Position numbers and translations under genes: made by a program. Below, piece after piece: positions 41,511-50,978 of a DNA stretch of 64,000 nucleotides. The notes beneath the pieces are model-generated. The model saw nothing but the letters and a program-made list of their open reading frames with translations, was not told where the DNA came from and searched no databases. Origin of the DNA: Candidatus Krumholzibacteriota bacterium. Its GTDB lineage: Bacteria; Krumholzibacteriota; Krumholzibacteriia; JAJRXK01. Numbering within the stretch: the stretch's first letter is position 1; every line of letters begins with the position of its first letter. Where the stretch lies: contig CAVXTH010000005.1 of the NCBI GenBank assembly GCA_963764625.1, forward strand, positions 352,001-416,000, written 5' to 3'.

Positions 41511-44154
41511 TTGGCCTCGATTTCTTTCACCCTGAACGGTACGCCGCGCACCTTCGAGTCCTACGAGGGCGAGACGCTCATGCAATCGCTGCGCGAGCGC
41601 TTCGGCATGCTCTCCGTCAAGAACGGCTGCGCGCCGCAGGGACAGTGCGGGGCCTGTCTCGCTTTAATCGACGGCAAGGCCAAGACGACCTGTGCCATCC
41701 CGGTGGAAAAGGCCGACGGCAAGGAGGTCCTCACCCTGGAGGGCATCGGCGAGGAGAACCGCCGCCTCATCGCCCGCTGTTTCACGACCGCAGCCGGTCT
41801 GCAGTGTGGCTTTTGCATCCCCGGAATCGCGCTGCGCACCCACTGGCTGCTGGAACGCAACCCCGACCCCAGCCGCGAGGAAATCGCCAAGTCGCTCGAC
41901 GCGCATCTCTGCCGCTGCACCGGATATCTGCGCATCTTCGACGCCATCGAAATGGTGGCCACGGCCCGGCGAGGCGAGCCCATTCCGAAAGCGGAAGACG
42001 ACGGCCGGGTGGGCAAAAGCCTGCGCCGCTGGCACGGCGAGGACCTCACCCTGGGGATGCACGAGTACGTCGACGACATGAAGCGGCCCGGCATGCTGTA
42101 CGGCACGGTGGTGCTCAGCAAGCATCCTCGGGCCAAAGTGAAGAGCATCGACACGAGCAAGGCGCGCGCACTACCCGGCGTCGAGCGCGTGTTCACCGCG
42201 GAAGACGTTCCCGGCAATCGTTGGTACGGGCTCATCCTATCCGACTGGCCCGGACTGGTGGCGGTGGGCGAAGAAGTGCGCTGCGTGGGCGACATGCTGG
42301 CCATCGTGGCCGCAGACAGCGAAGCCACTGCCCGCGCCGCGGCACGTCTGGTGGAAGTGGAGTACGAAGTGCTCGAGGCCATGACCACGACGACCGCCGC
42401 TCTGGCCGAGGGAGCGCCGCGCGTGAATCCCACCCACGACAACCTTCTCTCCCGCACCACGATCCGTCGCGGGGACGCCGACAAGGCCTTCGCGTCCGCG
42501 ACCCACGTGGTCGAAGGACACTATCAAACCCAACGCATCGAGCATCTCTACCTGGAACCCGAGGCCTGCCTGGCCGAACCGCGCGAGGACGGCGGCCTGC
42601 GTTTCTACACCCAGGGACAGGGCGTCTTCGACGACCGGCGTCAGGTGGCCGCGTTCCTGGACCTGCCCCACGAAAAAGTGGAAGCGGTGCTCGCTCCCAA
42701 CGGCGGCGCGTTCGGCGGCAAGGAGGACATGTCCATCCAGGCCCAGACCGCGCTCATCACCCATCTCACCGGCCGGGCGGCCAAGATCACTCTGAATCGG
42801 GAGGAGAGCATCCGCATCCATCCCAAACGCCACCCCATCGCCATGGACTATAAAGTGGCCTGCGACGCCGAGGGACATCTGCTCGCGGTGCGCGCGCGCA
42901 TGACCGGTGACACCGGCGCCTACGCTTCGGTTGGCGCTAAAGTGCTCGAACGCGCGGCGGGACATTCCTGCGGCGCCTACCGGGTGCCCAACGTCGACAT
43001 CGTCGCCGACGCGGTCACCACCAACAATCCACCCTGCGGAGCCATGCGCGGCTTCGGCGCGAACCAGGCCCACTTCGCCATCGAAGGGTGCATGGATCTG
43101 TTGGCGGAAAAATGCGGACTCGATGCCTGGGAGATGCGCTGGCGCAACGCGCTTCAAGTGGGCGACACCACTTCCACCGGACAAGTCCTGGAGAAATCGG
43201 TCGGTCTGAAGGAGACCCTACGCGCGGTAAAGGATTCCTTCTACGCGGCCCTCGCGGCGGGACAGGCGGTGGGCGTGGCCTGCGGCATCAAGAACAGCGG
43301 CATCGGCAACGGCGCCACCGAATGGGGCAAAGCCCGGCTCGTGGTGGAGGACGGCGGCAGGGTGACCATCTTCAACGGCTTCACCGAGATGGGACAGGGC
43401 CTGTCTGACCGTCCTCATCCAGTGCGCAGTCGAGGTGACCGGACTCTCCGCGAGCACTTTCGAGGCCCGGGTCTCCACCGAACACGAGATGAGCGTGGGC
43501 CAGACCACCGGCAGCCGCGGCACCTTGTTGGGAGGGCGCGCGGTGGTCGACGCGGCCCAGAAACTGAAAGAGGATCTCGACGCGGGCAAGACCCTCGCCG
43601 ACCTGACGGGCCGGGTCTACGTGGGCGAAACTCTCATCGACGACACCACCTCACCGGACCAGGTCGTCGAGCGCGTCAAGACCCACACCTCCTACGGCTT
43701 CGCCACCCAGATGGTCGTGCTCGACAAAGAAGGCAAACTGGAGAGAGTGATCGCCGCCCACGACGTGGGCCGGGCCATCAATCCCGACCTTTGCGCGGGG
43801 CAGATCGAAGGTTCGGTGCACATGGGCCTGGGCTACGCCCTCAGCGAGGAATTGCCCTGCCCCGGAGGCTGGCCGGTGAGCTACAAACTGCGCGACCTGG
43901 GGGTGATCCGCGCCCCCGCAATGCCTGCGGTCGAGGTCATTCTGGTGGAAGACCCCGAGCCCGAAGGGCCGTTTGGCGCCAAGGGAGTGGGCGAGATCGG
44001 ACTCGTTCCCACCGCGGGGGCTGTCGCGTGCGCACTGGCCGCGTACGACGGCAAGCACCGCATGACGCTTCCCATGAAGAACTCCACCGCGTTCACCGCT
44101 CTGAAAGTGGGACGCATCAAGGATCGCACCGTGCCCGCGCCGGTCGAGAGTTGA
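41511..44154 (+). CDS. Fused [2Fe-2S]/Mo-binding xanthine dehydrogenase of the 'selenium-dependent' type; frameshift at ~43404
   Basis: AGGAG RBS and TTG start; [51 protein letters not shown]. Removing T43404 gives [11 protein letters not shown] and joins ORF 43435..44154 (TTGSRG, GQIEG, GAKGVGE). Confidence 0.9.
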
Positions 44155-44179
44155 GAACCTTGGCGCGCTGGAGGATCCC

Positions 44180-45192
44180 ATGAGCGATCGTCGTGGTCAG
44201 GTCAACGCGCACACCCATCTCTACAGCGGACTTGTGCCCCTGGGGATGCCCCCTCCCGATCCCACGCCCTCCACTTTCGTGGAGATCCTGGAGTCGGTGT
44301 GGTGGAGGACTGGATCGCGCGCTCGACGAAAAGAGTCTGCGCGCCGCCGCGCGCTTCTATCTGAGCGACGCCCTGCGCTTAGGCACCACCGCGCTCGTCG
44401 ATCACCACGAATCGCCCAACTTCATCGAGGGCTCGCTGGACGTGCTGGCCGACGCCTGCCAGGAGCTGGGCATGCGCGCCCTGCTCTGCTACGGAGCCAC
44501 CGAGCGCAACGGCGGACTCGACGAAGGGCGCGCCGGTCTGGCCGAGTGCCGCCGATTCTTGAAGGAGAACGATCGACCGCTGGTGCGCGGTTGCGTGGGA
44601 CTGCACGCGTCGTTCACCGTGAGCGACGAGTTGCTCCTGGAAGCAGGGCAACTCTGCCGCGAATTCTCGACCGTACTGCACGTGCATCTGGCCGAGGGCC
44701 CAGAAGATGTGGAAGACGCGCAGCACCGCGGCTGGCCCGGACCCCTCGCTCGCCTCTTGCACTTTCGCTGCCTGCCCGAGGGTTCGATCCTGGCCCACGG
44801 CGTTCATCTGAGCCGCGAGCAGGTCCTCCGCTGCGAGGAACTCGGACTGTGGCTGGTGCAGAACCCGCGCTCGAACGCGGCGAATGGGGTGGGCTATCCC
44901 AAAGCTCTGGCCAACAGCACGCGCGTGGCCCTGGGCACCGACGGCTTCCCCTCGGACATGGCGGCCGAAGAGCAGGCCCTCCTGAAGGAAGCGGCACGGG
45001 CCGGCGAGACAGGTGAGCGCATCGCGGCGCGTCTGGCGAACGGCCACCTTCTTTTCGCCGAGCGCTTCGGCGTCCGATTCTAGCGCCAGCGATACCGCCA
45101 CCTCTGGCCCCGCTCACATCGACGCGGCGGAGATCCGCGCGGAGGCGCAAGAGGAAGCGCGCCGTCTGTGGGAGCGTATGAGCACGCTCTGA
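44180..45192 (+). CDS. ssnA: SsnA-like amidohydrolase (compact); frameshifts ~44309 and ~45070
   Basis: [67 protein letters not shown]. The C-terminal [21 protein letters not shown] lies in a shifted frame ending at TGA 45190-45192. Confidence 0.82.
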
Positions 45193-45287
45193 ACCAAGGA
45201 ATTTCTGTTTCGGTGGGCGCGAAGGTTGTACTTTGAACGCCACCTTTTGCGGGATGCACCCGCCACGGGATCGAAGAAGGAGCCGTC

Positions 45288-46787
45288 ATGCCGTCCCTGG
45301 GACTCGAAAAGCACGTCGTGGACCGCCAAGTCTACGAGAACAGCCTGGAGCGATTCGCGGAACAGAAGATCCTCCTTCCCACCTTCGCTCAACTCTCAGA
45401 GCCGTGGACGATTCCGGCCGAAGTTCAGAAGGCGCTGCAATCGGTTGGTCCGAACGAGCCCCATCCTTTGAACCTCTTCCGCGTGCACTGGTACATGGAT
45501 GCCGACCGGCGCAGTCTCGCGAAGTTGCCCGAGTTCATGGTCCTGCCCAAGGAGATCACCGGGGTCGACGCCAAAATCGTGCTCTTGATCGGCGCCAATT
45601 TCCCCATGATTGAAGCGCACAAGGTCTTGGCCGCTTACGGCTGTCTCGCGCCCCGCGTGATCACCGGGATGTTCGACCCTCTGCATCATCGCGCAGTGTG
45701 GCCCAGCACGGGAAACTACTGCCGCGGTGGAGTCGCGATCTCCCGGATCATGGCGTGCCGCGGGGTGGCGGTGTTGCCGGAGGGCATGAGCCGCGAGCGC
45801 TTCGCCTGGCTCGAGAACTGGGTGGCCGATCCTGCGGACGTCATCGCGACCCCGGGGACCGAGAGCAACGTGAAGGAGATCTACGACAAGTGTCACGAAC
45901 TCGATGCCGATCCCGACAACATCATCTTCAACCAGTTTTCGGAATTCGGAAACCACCTGGTTCACCGTCTCTGCACCGGCAAAGCGGGCGCCCAGGTCTT
46001 CGAGCATCTCAAGAAGCACGACGCAAAGCTGCAGCTACGCGCGTTCGTCTCGGCCACCGGTTCGGCGGGGACGCTCGGCGCCGGAGACTACTTGAAGGAT
46101 GAGTATGGCTCTTGGAACGTAGCGGTGGAAGCCCTCGAGTGTCCGACCATGCTCTATAACGGGTTCGGCGAGCACAACATCCAGGGCATCGGGGACAAAC
46201 ACATTCCCCTCATTCACAACGTGATGGGGACCGACATGGCGATCGCCATTTCCGATGAGTCCACCGACGCGCTCAACCTGCTTTTCAACAGCGAAGTGGG
46301 TCACGAATATCTGCAAAGCCGTCAGGGAGTGCCCAAGGAGACGATTCAGCGACTCCACAAGTTGGGGCTGTCTTCGCTATGCAACATCCTTGCGTCGATC
46401 AAGGCGGCCAAGTATCTGAACCTGGGCGAAGACGACGTCCTTTTGACGGTGGCCACCGATCCGGCCTCGCTGTACGACACCGAGCGCGAGAAGACACTGA
46501 AGGGTGCTTTCGGAGGGAAGTTCGACGCGGTGAACGCGGGTGAAGTGTTCGGTCAACACCTCGAGGGCACGCGTACCGACCACGTGCTCGAGTGCACTCT
46601 TCGCGACCGCGAACGAATTTTTGACCTCGGATACTACACCTGGGTGGAGCAACAGGGCGTGAGCATCGAGGAGTTCGTCGCGAGGCGTCACGAGAATTTC
46701 TGGCGCGAGCTCGTTGCTCTCACTCCGGCCTGGGACGAGATGATCGGCGAGTTCAATACCCGTACCGGCGTGAAGCCACTGCACTGA
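45288..46787 (+). CDS. Fold-type II PLP-dependent enzyme (tryptophan synthase beta / cysteine synthase superfamily), function unknown
   Basis: AAGGAG RBS; AHKV PLP-lysine, WPSTGNYCRGG, SATGSAGTLG, HNIQGIGDK. Confidence 0.85.
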   Translation: MPSLGLEKHVVDRQVYENSLERFAEQKILLPTFAQLSEPWTIPAEVQKALQSVGPNEPHPLNLFRVHWYMDADRRSLAKLPEFMVLPKEITGVDAKIVLLIGANFPMIEAHKVLAAYGCLAPRVITGMFDPLHHRAVWPSTGNYCRGGVAISRIMACRGVAVLPEGMSRERFAWLENWVADPADVIATPGTESNVKEIYDKCHELDADPDNIIFNQFSEFGNHLVHRLCTGKAGAQVFEHLKKHDAKLQLRAFVSATGSAGTLGAGDYLKDEYGSWNVAVEALECPTMLYNGFGEHNIQGIGDKHIPLIHNVMGTDMAIAISDESTDALNLLFNSEVGHEYLQSRQGVPKETIQRLHKLGLSSLCNILASIKAAKYLNLGEDDVLLTVATDPASLYDTEREKTLKGAFGGKFDAVNAGEVFGQHLEGTRTDHVLECTLRDRERIFDLGYYTWVEQQGVSIEEFVARRHENFWRELVALTPAWDEMIGEFNTRTGVKPLH

Positions 46788-46802
46788 GCCAGAGGAGATT
46801 CG

Positions 46803-48281
46803 GTGGCAAGATCATTGGCCACTCGTTTCGTCTGTTCGGGATGCAGATACGAAATCCCGTCGCGCGAGCCCTTTCCCTTCGCCTGCCCCCATGGCGGTGA
46901 CGGACGCGATCACGTGCTCGTTCGACATCTCGCCCTGGAAAAAGTCGCTTTGACCGCGAACGACGCGTTGCTCGAAGCGCTGCTGGATTCCGAGCCCAAT
47001 CCCTACGTCCGCTACCGACGCGCGTTCCATTCGTACCGGGTCGCGCTCGTCAGCGGCATGAGCGACGAGGCCTACGTCGCGCACGTGCGCGAGCTGGATG
47101 CGCGGGTGGCCGAAGCGGACAAGCTGGCGCGGTCGGCGGATTTGGGGACCGGCTTCCGGGAAACTCCTTTCGCTCCCCACGAGGCACTGGCGAGCGCTGC
47201 GCGCTTTGCCGGCGGTTCGTTGTGGGTGAAAGACGAGACGAACAACGTCTCGGGCTCACACAAGGCCCGTCACCTCATGGGCATCGCCATTTGGCTCTCC
47301 ATCACCGAGACGTTGGGACTGCTCCCCTACACCACCCGTCCTCCTCTGGCCATCGCCTCGTGCGGCAACGCCGCCCTGGCGGCTACGGTGATCGCCCATG
47401 CCCTGCGGTGGCGCCTTCTCGTCTTCGTGCCGTCAGATGCCGACGAGTCGGTCGTTGCGAGCATGCGCGCCTTGAACGCGGAGATCCAGGTCTGCCCCCG
47501 CGAGCCGGGGATGAGAGGCGACCCCTGCGTACAGAGCTTCCACGATGCGGTGGAGGATGGCGCCATCCCCTTCGGCTGCCAGGGGCCGGACAACGGCATG
47601 ACCATCGAGGGCGGCCTGAGTCTGGGCTACGAAATGGCCGGGAGTCTCTTCGGCCGGAAGGAGACTCTGTCGGACATCATCGTGCAGGTGGGGGGCGGGG
47701 CGCTTGCCAGCAGCGTATTCCAGGCCTTTTTCGAAACGGCGACCAGAGTGCGCGAGGCCGAGAATGCGGACGCGAGCCCCGCTGCGATGCAGCTTCCCCG
47801 CATGCACACGGTGCAGACCGACGGAGCCTATCCTCTGCGTCGCGCCTGGGAGAACCTCGTCGACCGCGTGGCCGAACGTCTTGTCGAAGCCCCCGCGGAC
47901 GACGCGCAGGCCGCGGCCATGCTACGGGAGCAAAGTCATCGCGAGCAAGTGGTCGAGGAACTCGACTACGCTGCCGCGCACCGGCGCAAGTTCATGTGGC
48001 CCTGGGAGAGTACGCCGCATTCGATCGCCACCGGCATTCTGGACGACGAAACCTACGACTGGTTTGCCCTGCTCAGAGCTATGGCGTTCAGCGGAGGCAT
48101 CCCGGCGGTCACCGATGAGATCACGCTGCGGAGAGCCAACAAGATTGCGCGCGAAACGACCGCCGCGAAGGTAAGCGTCACGGGAAGCTCGGGGCTGGCG
48201 GGGCTTCTGACTCTGCTTCTAAGTCCAGAGTCATTGGGCGCCGGCAACGCCGCTCTGCTGTTCACCGGCGCCAAGCGCTGA
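46803..48281 (+). CDS. Threonine-synthase-like fold-type II PLP enzyme
   Basis: N-terminal CSGC...FACP ribbon; KDETNNVSGSHKARH, ASCGNAA, VQVGGGALAS, SIATGILD, LFTG. Confidence 0.82.
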   Translation: MARSLATRFVCSGCRYEIPSREPFPFACPHGGDGRDHVLVRHLALEKVALTANDALLEALLDSEPNPYVRYRRAFHSYRVALVSGMSDEAYVAHVRELDARVAEADKLARSADLGTGFRETPFAPHEALASAARFAGGSLWVKDETNNVSGSHKARHLMGIAIWLSITETLGLLPYTTRPPLAIASCGNAALAATVIAHALRWRLLVFVPSDADESVVASMRALNAEIQVCPREPGMRGDPCVQSFHDAVEDGAIPFGCQGPDNGMTIEGGLSLGYEMAGSLFGRKETLSDIIVQVGGGALASSVFQAFFETATRVREAENADASPAAMQLPRMHTVQTDGAYPLRRAWENLVDRVAERLVEAPADDAQAAAMLREQSHREQVVEELDYAAAHRRKFMWPWESTPHSIATGILDDETYDWFALLRAMAFSGGIPAVTDEITLRRANKIARETTAAKVSVTGSSGLAGLLTLLLSPESLGAGNAALLFTGAKR

Positions 48282-48288
48282 GAGCGGC

Positions 48289-49821
48289 TCAGCCGCCGCG
48301 CGTCCTCTGGCGGAAGAGGCTGGGAAAGCGCGCCATGACCGCGACGGCGACGTCGAATTCCCGACTGTCCATGCATTCGCCGATCTTGTGGGTGTTCTGC
48401 TCGATGCCCGGCCCGATGCCGAAAAGTGGTGGGTGGGCATAGCGTCCCACGCGTACCCAATTCTTGGCGTCGATGTGTTCGATGCCGCTGCTCTGTGCCT
48501 CGACGACCATGCCCACGCCGTCGGTGGAGAAGATCCATCGATCCACCCGCGGCTCCTTTCGCGGCTCTCCCCCTTTGCCCTCCTGAAGGAAGGGGGTCAC
48601 CGTGAGGCGATAGCTCTCGGCGGCGGCCTGGACGGCGGGATGGTCAGCGGGCGTCACCCAGCCGGGATAGATCTGCGCGTTATCGGGAAGGGTACCCTTC
48701 CAGGTGGGCTGAGTGTAACGCGGCGCCTTGATCTCAACCGTCAACCCCGCCTCGCGCGCGACGGCAACCGCCTTCAGATTCTCGATGGCGTTCAGAGCCT
48801 CCTGAGGATCCTCCCCCGCGGTGAGACGTCGATCGAAGCGGAAGACGAAGCGCTCGGGAACCGCGCAATCGCTGGGGGTGTCGAGCACGGCCCAGCTCGC
48901 GGTCCGCGTGCCGGGGCCCAAGAACTCGTCCTCCTTGAATCCCTCGCCCTTGGCGGCCTGCTTGGTGGCCTCCACCAGGATCGCGGCGGAGAACTCCAGA
49001 GGGTTACGGCCCTCCCAGGGCATCGAGCCATGGCAGCTCTTTCCGGTGACCGTCACCTCGATCTGCATGCGTCCCCTCTGACCCCGATAGATGCCCACTG
49101 CTCCCTTGGTGCTGTCGCCGGTTCCCTCGGTGAGAATCACCGCGTCGGGAACCAACTCTAAAGGAGCGCCGGCGAGCTCGTGTTTCATGATGTGCATGGG
49201 GCCGCCCCCGTCGTTGTCCTCTTCGGCAACCGATGCGTACGCCCGCACCACGATCCCGTGCAGGGAACCCTCGTCCTTCAATTCGAGGAGTATCTTGGTG
49301 GCGATGATTTGAGAGACGACCCCGGCGAGTTGATCGGCGCTGCCTCTGCCCCAGACCAAATGCTCCCATTCCTCGCGCGGAGGCATCCAGCCCAGCTCGT
49401 TGCGCAAGAACCTCTCATCGAGGTTCTTGGCGTCGATCACGCCGTCGTAGCAGTCGACGCCTCCGGTGGCCTGCGGCCAACGGTTGCGCAGAGCCGCCAC
49501 CGTGTCGGTGTGACCGTCGTACCACACGACGGTCTTGTCCTTGGCGGCCACGCCGTCGGCAAGATCCTCGACTTTCCACACCAGGTTGCCGAACTCGTCG
49601 AAGCCCACGTCCTGGGGTTTCTCCACCGCGCGGACTTCCACGATCTTGCGCTTCAGATACTCCAGCCGCGGTCCCTCGTGGTTGGAGAGTCCGCAGAGCG
49701 GGTCTCCGCCTTCTTCGGGGGAGCGATCGACGTAGTCGGCCGGAATTCGCACTGCCTCGCGCAGAATTTCCATGGCGATGGGGCGATACTCAACGGCAAG
49801 TTCACGAATTCTCTCGTCCAA
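48289..49821 (-). CDS. ygeY: YgeY-like M20 metallohydrolase
   Basis: DGHTDTV, GRGSADQ, EEDNDG, RGQRGRMQIEV..TGKSCHGS.P..GRN, FSTDGV, GIGPG.E..TH; directly downstream of ygeW. Confidence 0.82.
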   Translation of the reverse strand: MDERIRELAVEYRPIAMEILREAVRIPADYVDRSPEEGGDPLCGLSNHEGPRLEYLKRKIVEVRAVEKPQDVGFDEFGNLVWKVEDLADGVAAKDKTVVWYDGHTDTVAALRNRWPQATGGVDCYDGVIDAKNLDERFLRNELGWMPPREEWEHLVWGRGSADQLAGVVSQIIATKILLELKDEGSLHGIVVRAYASVAEEDNDGGGPMHIMKHELAGAPLELVPDAVILTEGTGDSTKGAVGIYRGQRGRMQIEVTVTGKSCHGSMPWEGRNPLEFSAAILVEATKQAAKGEGFKEDEFLGPGTRTASWAVLDTPSDCAVPERFVFRFDRRLTAGEDPQEALNAIENLKAVAVAREAGLTVEIKAPRYTQPTWKGTLPDNAQIYPGWVTPADHPAVQAAAESYRLTVTPFLQEGKGGEPRKEPRVDRWIFSTDGVGMVVEAQSSGIEHIDAKNWVRVGRYAHPPLFGIGPGIEQNTHKIGECMDSREFDVAVAVMARFPSLFRQRTRGG

Positions 49822-49832
49822 TGCTTTCTCCT

Positions 49833-50978
49833 TCAATCGAGTAAATCGAGCAGTCGCCCGCGAAGACTGGACTGCTTGGCGACCGCCAGCAGAGCCATGA
49901 TCACGTAGACTTTCTTGTTGGCTTCGCGCGCTACGTCCACTCGCGCCGATTCCATGACCTTAGGGCTCACCTCGGCGCCAATGTCAGCCGGCAGGCAGTG
50001 CATGTAGAGCGTGTTCGGACCGCGTGTCAAGCGCATCCTCCGCTCATCGCAAATCCAATCGGTGAACCCGCGGTTGCGTTCGAGCGCGGCCTTCTCGATG
50101 GCCGACATGCGCTCGAGGTCGCGTGCACGATTCGCCTGGACTCGTTCCAGCATGAGATCGTACGGGCCCCAGCTCTTGGGGTAGACGATATCGGCTCCCT
50201 CGAAGGCGGCATCCATGTCGTTGCCCACGGTGAGACTTCCTCCGTGTTCCTTCGCGAAGCGCTTGCCCGCTTCGAGCGTTTCGGGCATGAGCTCGTAGCC
50301 CTTTGGATGGGCCAGGCGAACGTGCATTCCAAAGCGCGTCATCAAAGTGATCACACCCTGGGGAACCGAGAGGGGCTTGGCGTAGGAGGGCGAATACGCC
50401 CAACTCATGGCAATGCTCTTCCCCTGCAATCCCTCGGGGAAACGCTCGCGCAGCCAGGCCAGGTCGGCCAGGGTCTGGGTGGGGTGATCGATATCGCACT
50501 GCAGGTTCACCAGCGGAACCACTCGGTCGTCGCCGATGGCGTCGAGGTATTCGATGATCCCCCGATGCGCGTCGCGCATGAAGGTATTGCCCTCCCCCAG
50601 AATCAGATCATGACGCACTCCCAGGGCATGGGCGTTCATCCCCAACATGGCTCCGGTCTCCGCCGCCGTCTCTCCGTGGGAGACCTGCGTACTTCCCCCG
50701 TCGAGGATTACCGGCCGCGCGCCCAGGCGGGCGCTGGCTCCGGCCCACGCGGAGCGGGTTCGGGTGGAGGAATCGAAGAAGAGCGCGAGAAAGAGCTCGT
50801 TGGGAAAGAGGGGAGCCTGGATTCGGGCTCGATCGAGCGCCTGGAAGGTCTCGACGAGATCGAGCAAGAGCGCAATTTGGGGTTGCGACCATTCACGGGT
50901 GAGAAACAGCGTGCGACCTTCCATGGTCGCGAGCTTGGTATCGTCGAGCGCTTCAATGAGCTGCCGCGGATCGATCAT
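49833..50978 (-). CDS. ygeW: Knotted carbamoyltransferase YgeW
   Basis: SSTRTRS, NLQCDIDHPTQ, signature WAYSPSYAKPLSVPQG, YPKSW, YMHCLPADI. Confidence 0.93.
   Translation of the reverse strand: MIDPRQLIEALDDTKLATMEGRTLFLTREWSQPQIALLLDLVETFQALDRARIQAPLFPNELFLALFFDSSTRTRSAWAGASARLGARPVILDGGSTQVSHGETAAETGAMLGMNAHALGVRHDLILGEGNTFMRDAHRGIIEYLDAIGDDRVVPLVNLQCDIDHPTQTLADLAWLRERFPEGLQGKSIAMSWAYSPSYAKPLSVPQGVITLMTRFGMHVRLAHPKGYELMPETLEAGKRFAKEHGGSLTVGNDMDAAFEGADIVYPKSWGPYDLMLERVQANRARDLERMSAIEKAALERNRGFTDWICDERRMRLTRGPNTLYMHCLPADIGAEVSPKVMESARVDVAREANKKVYVIMALLAVAKQSSLRGRLLDLLD

Noticed and set aside
43400-43412. Selenocysteine TGA recoding in the Se-type xanthine dehydrogenase
   Set aside because: The TGA in CTGTCTGACC is out of frame with both halves, and the break is a one-base insertion. 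This enzyme class uses labile Se rather than Sec.
815-45080. About ten frameshifts (~815, ~3265, ~4075, ~4110, ~4470, ~8125, ~34043, ~43404, ~44309, ~45070) as programmed frameshifting or pseudogenisation
   Set aside because: They are mostly single-base indels, often in short homopolymers, with no shared slippery motif, and conserved motifs are intact on both sides. This is most consistent with long-read consensus errors; read mapping would settle it.
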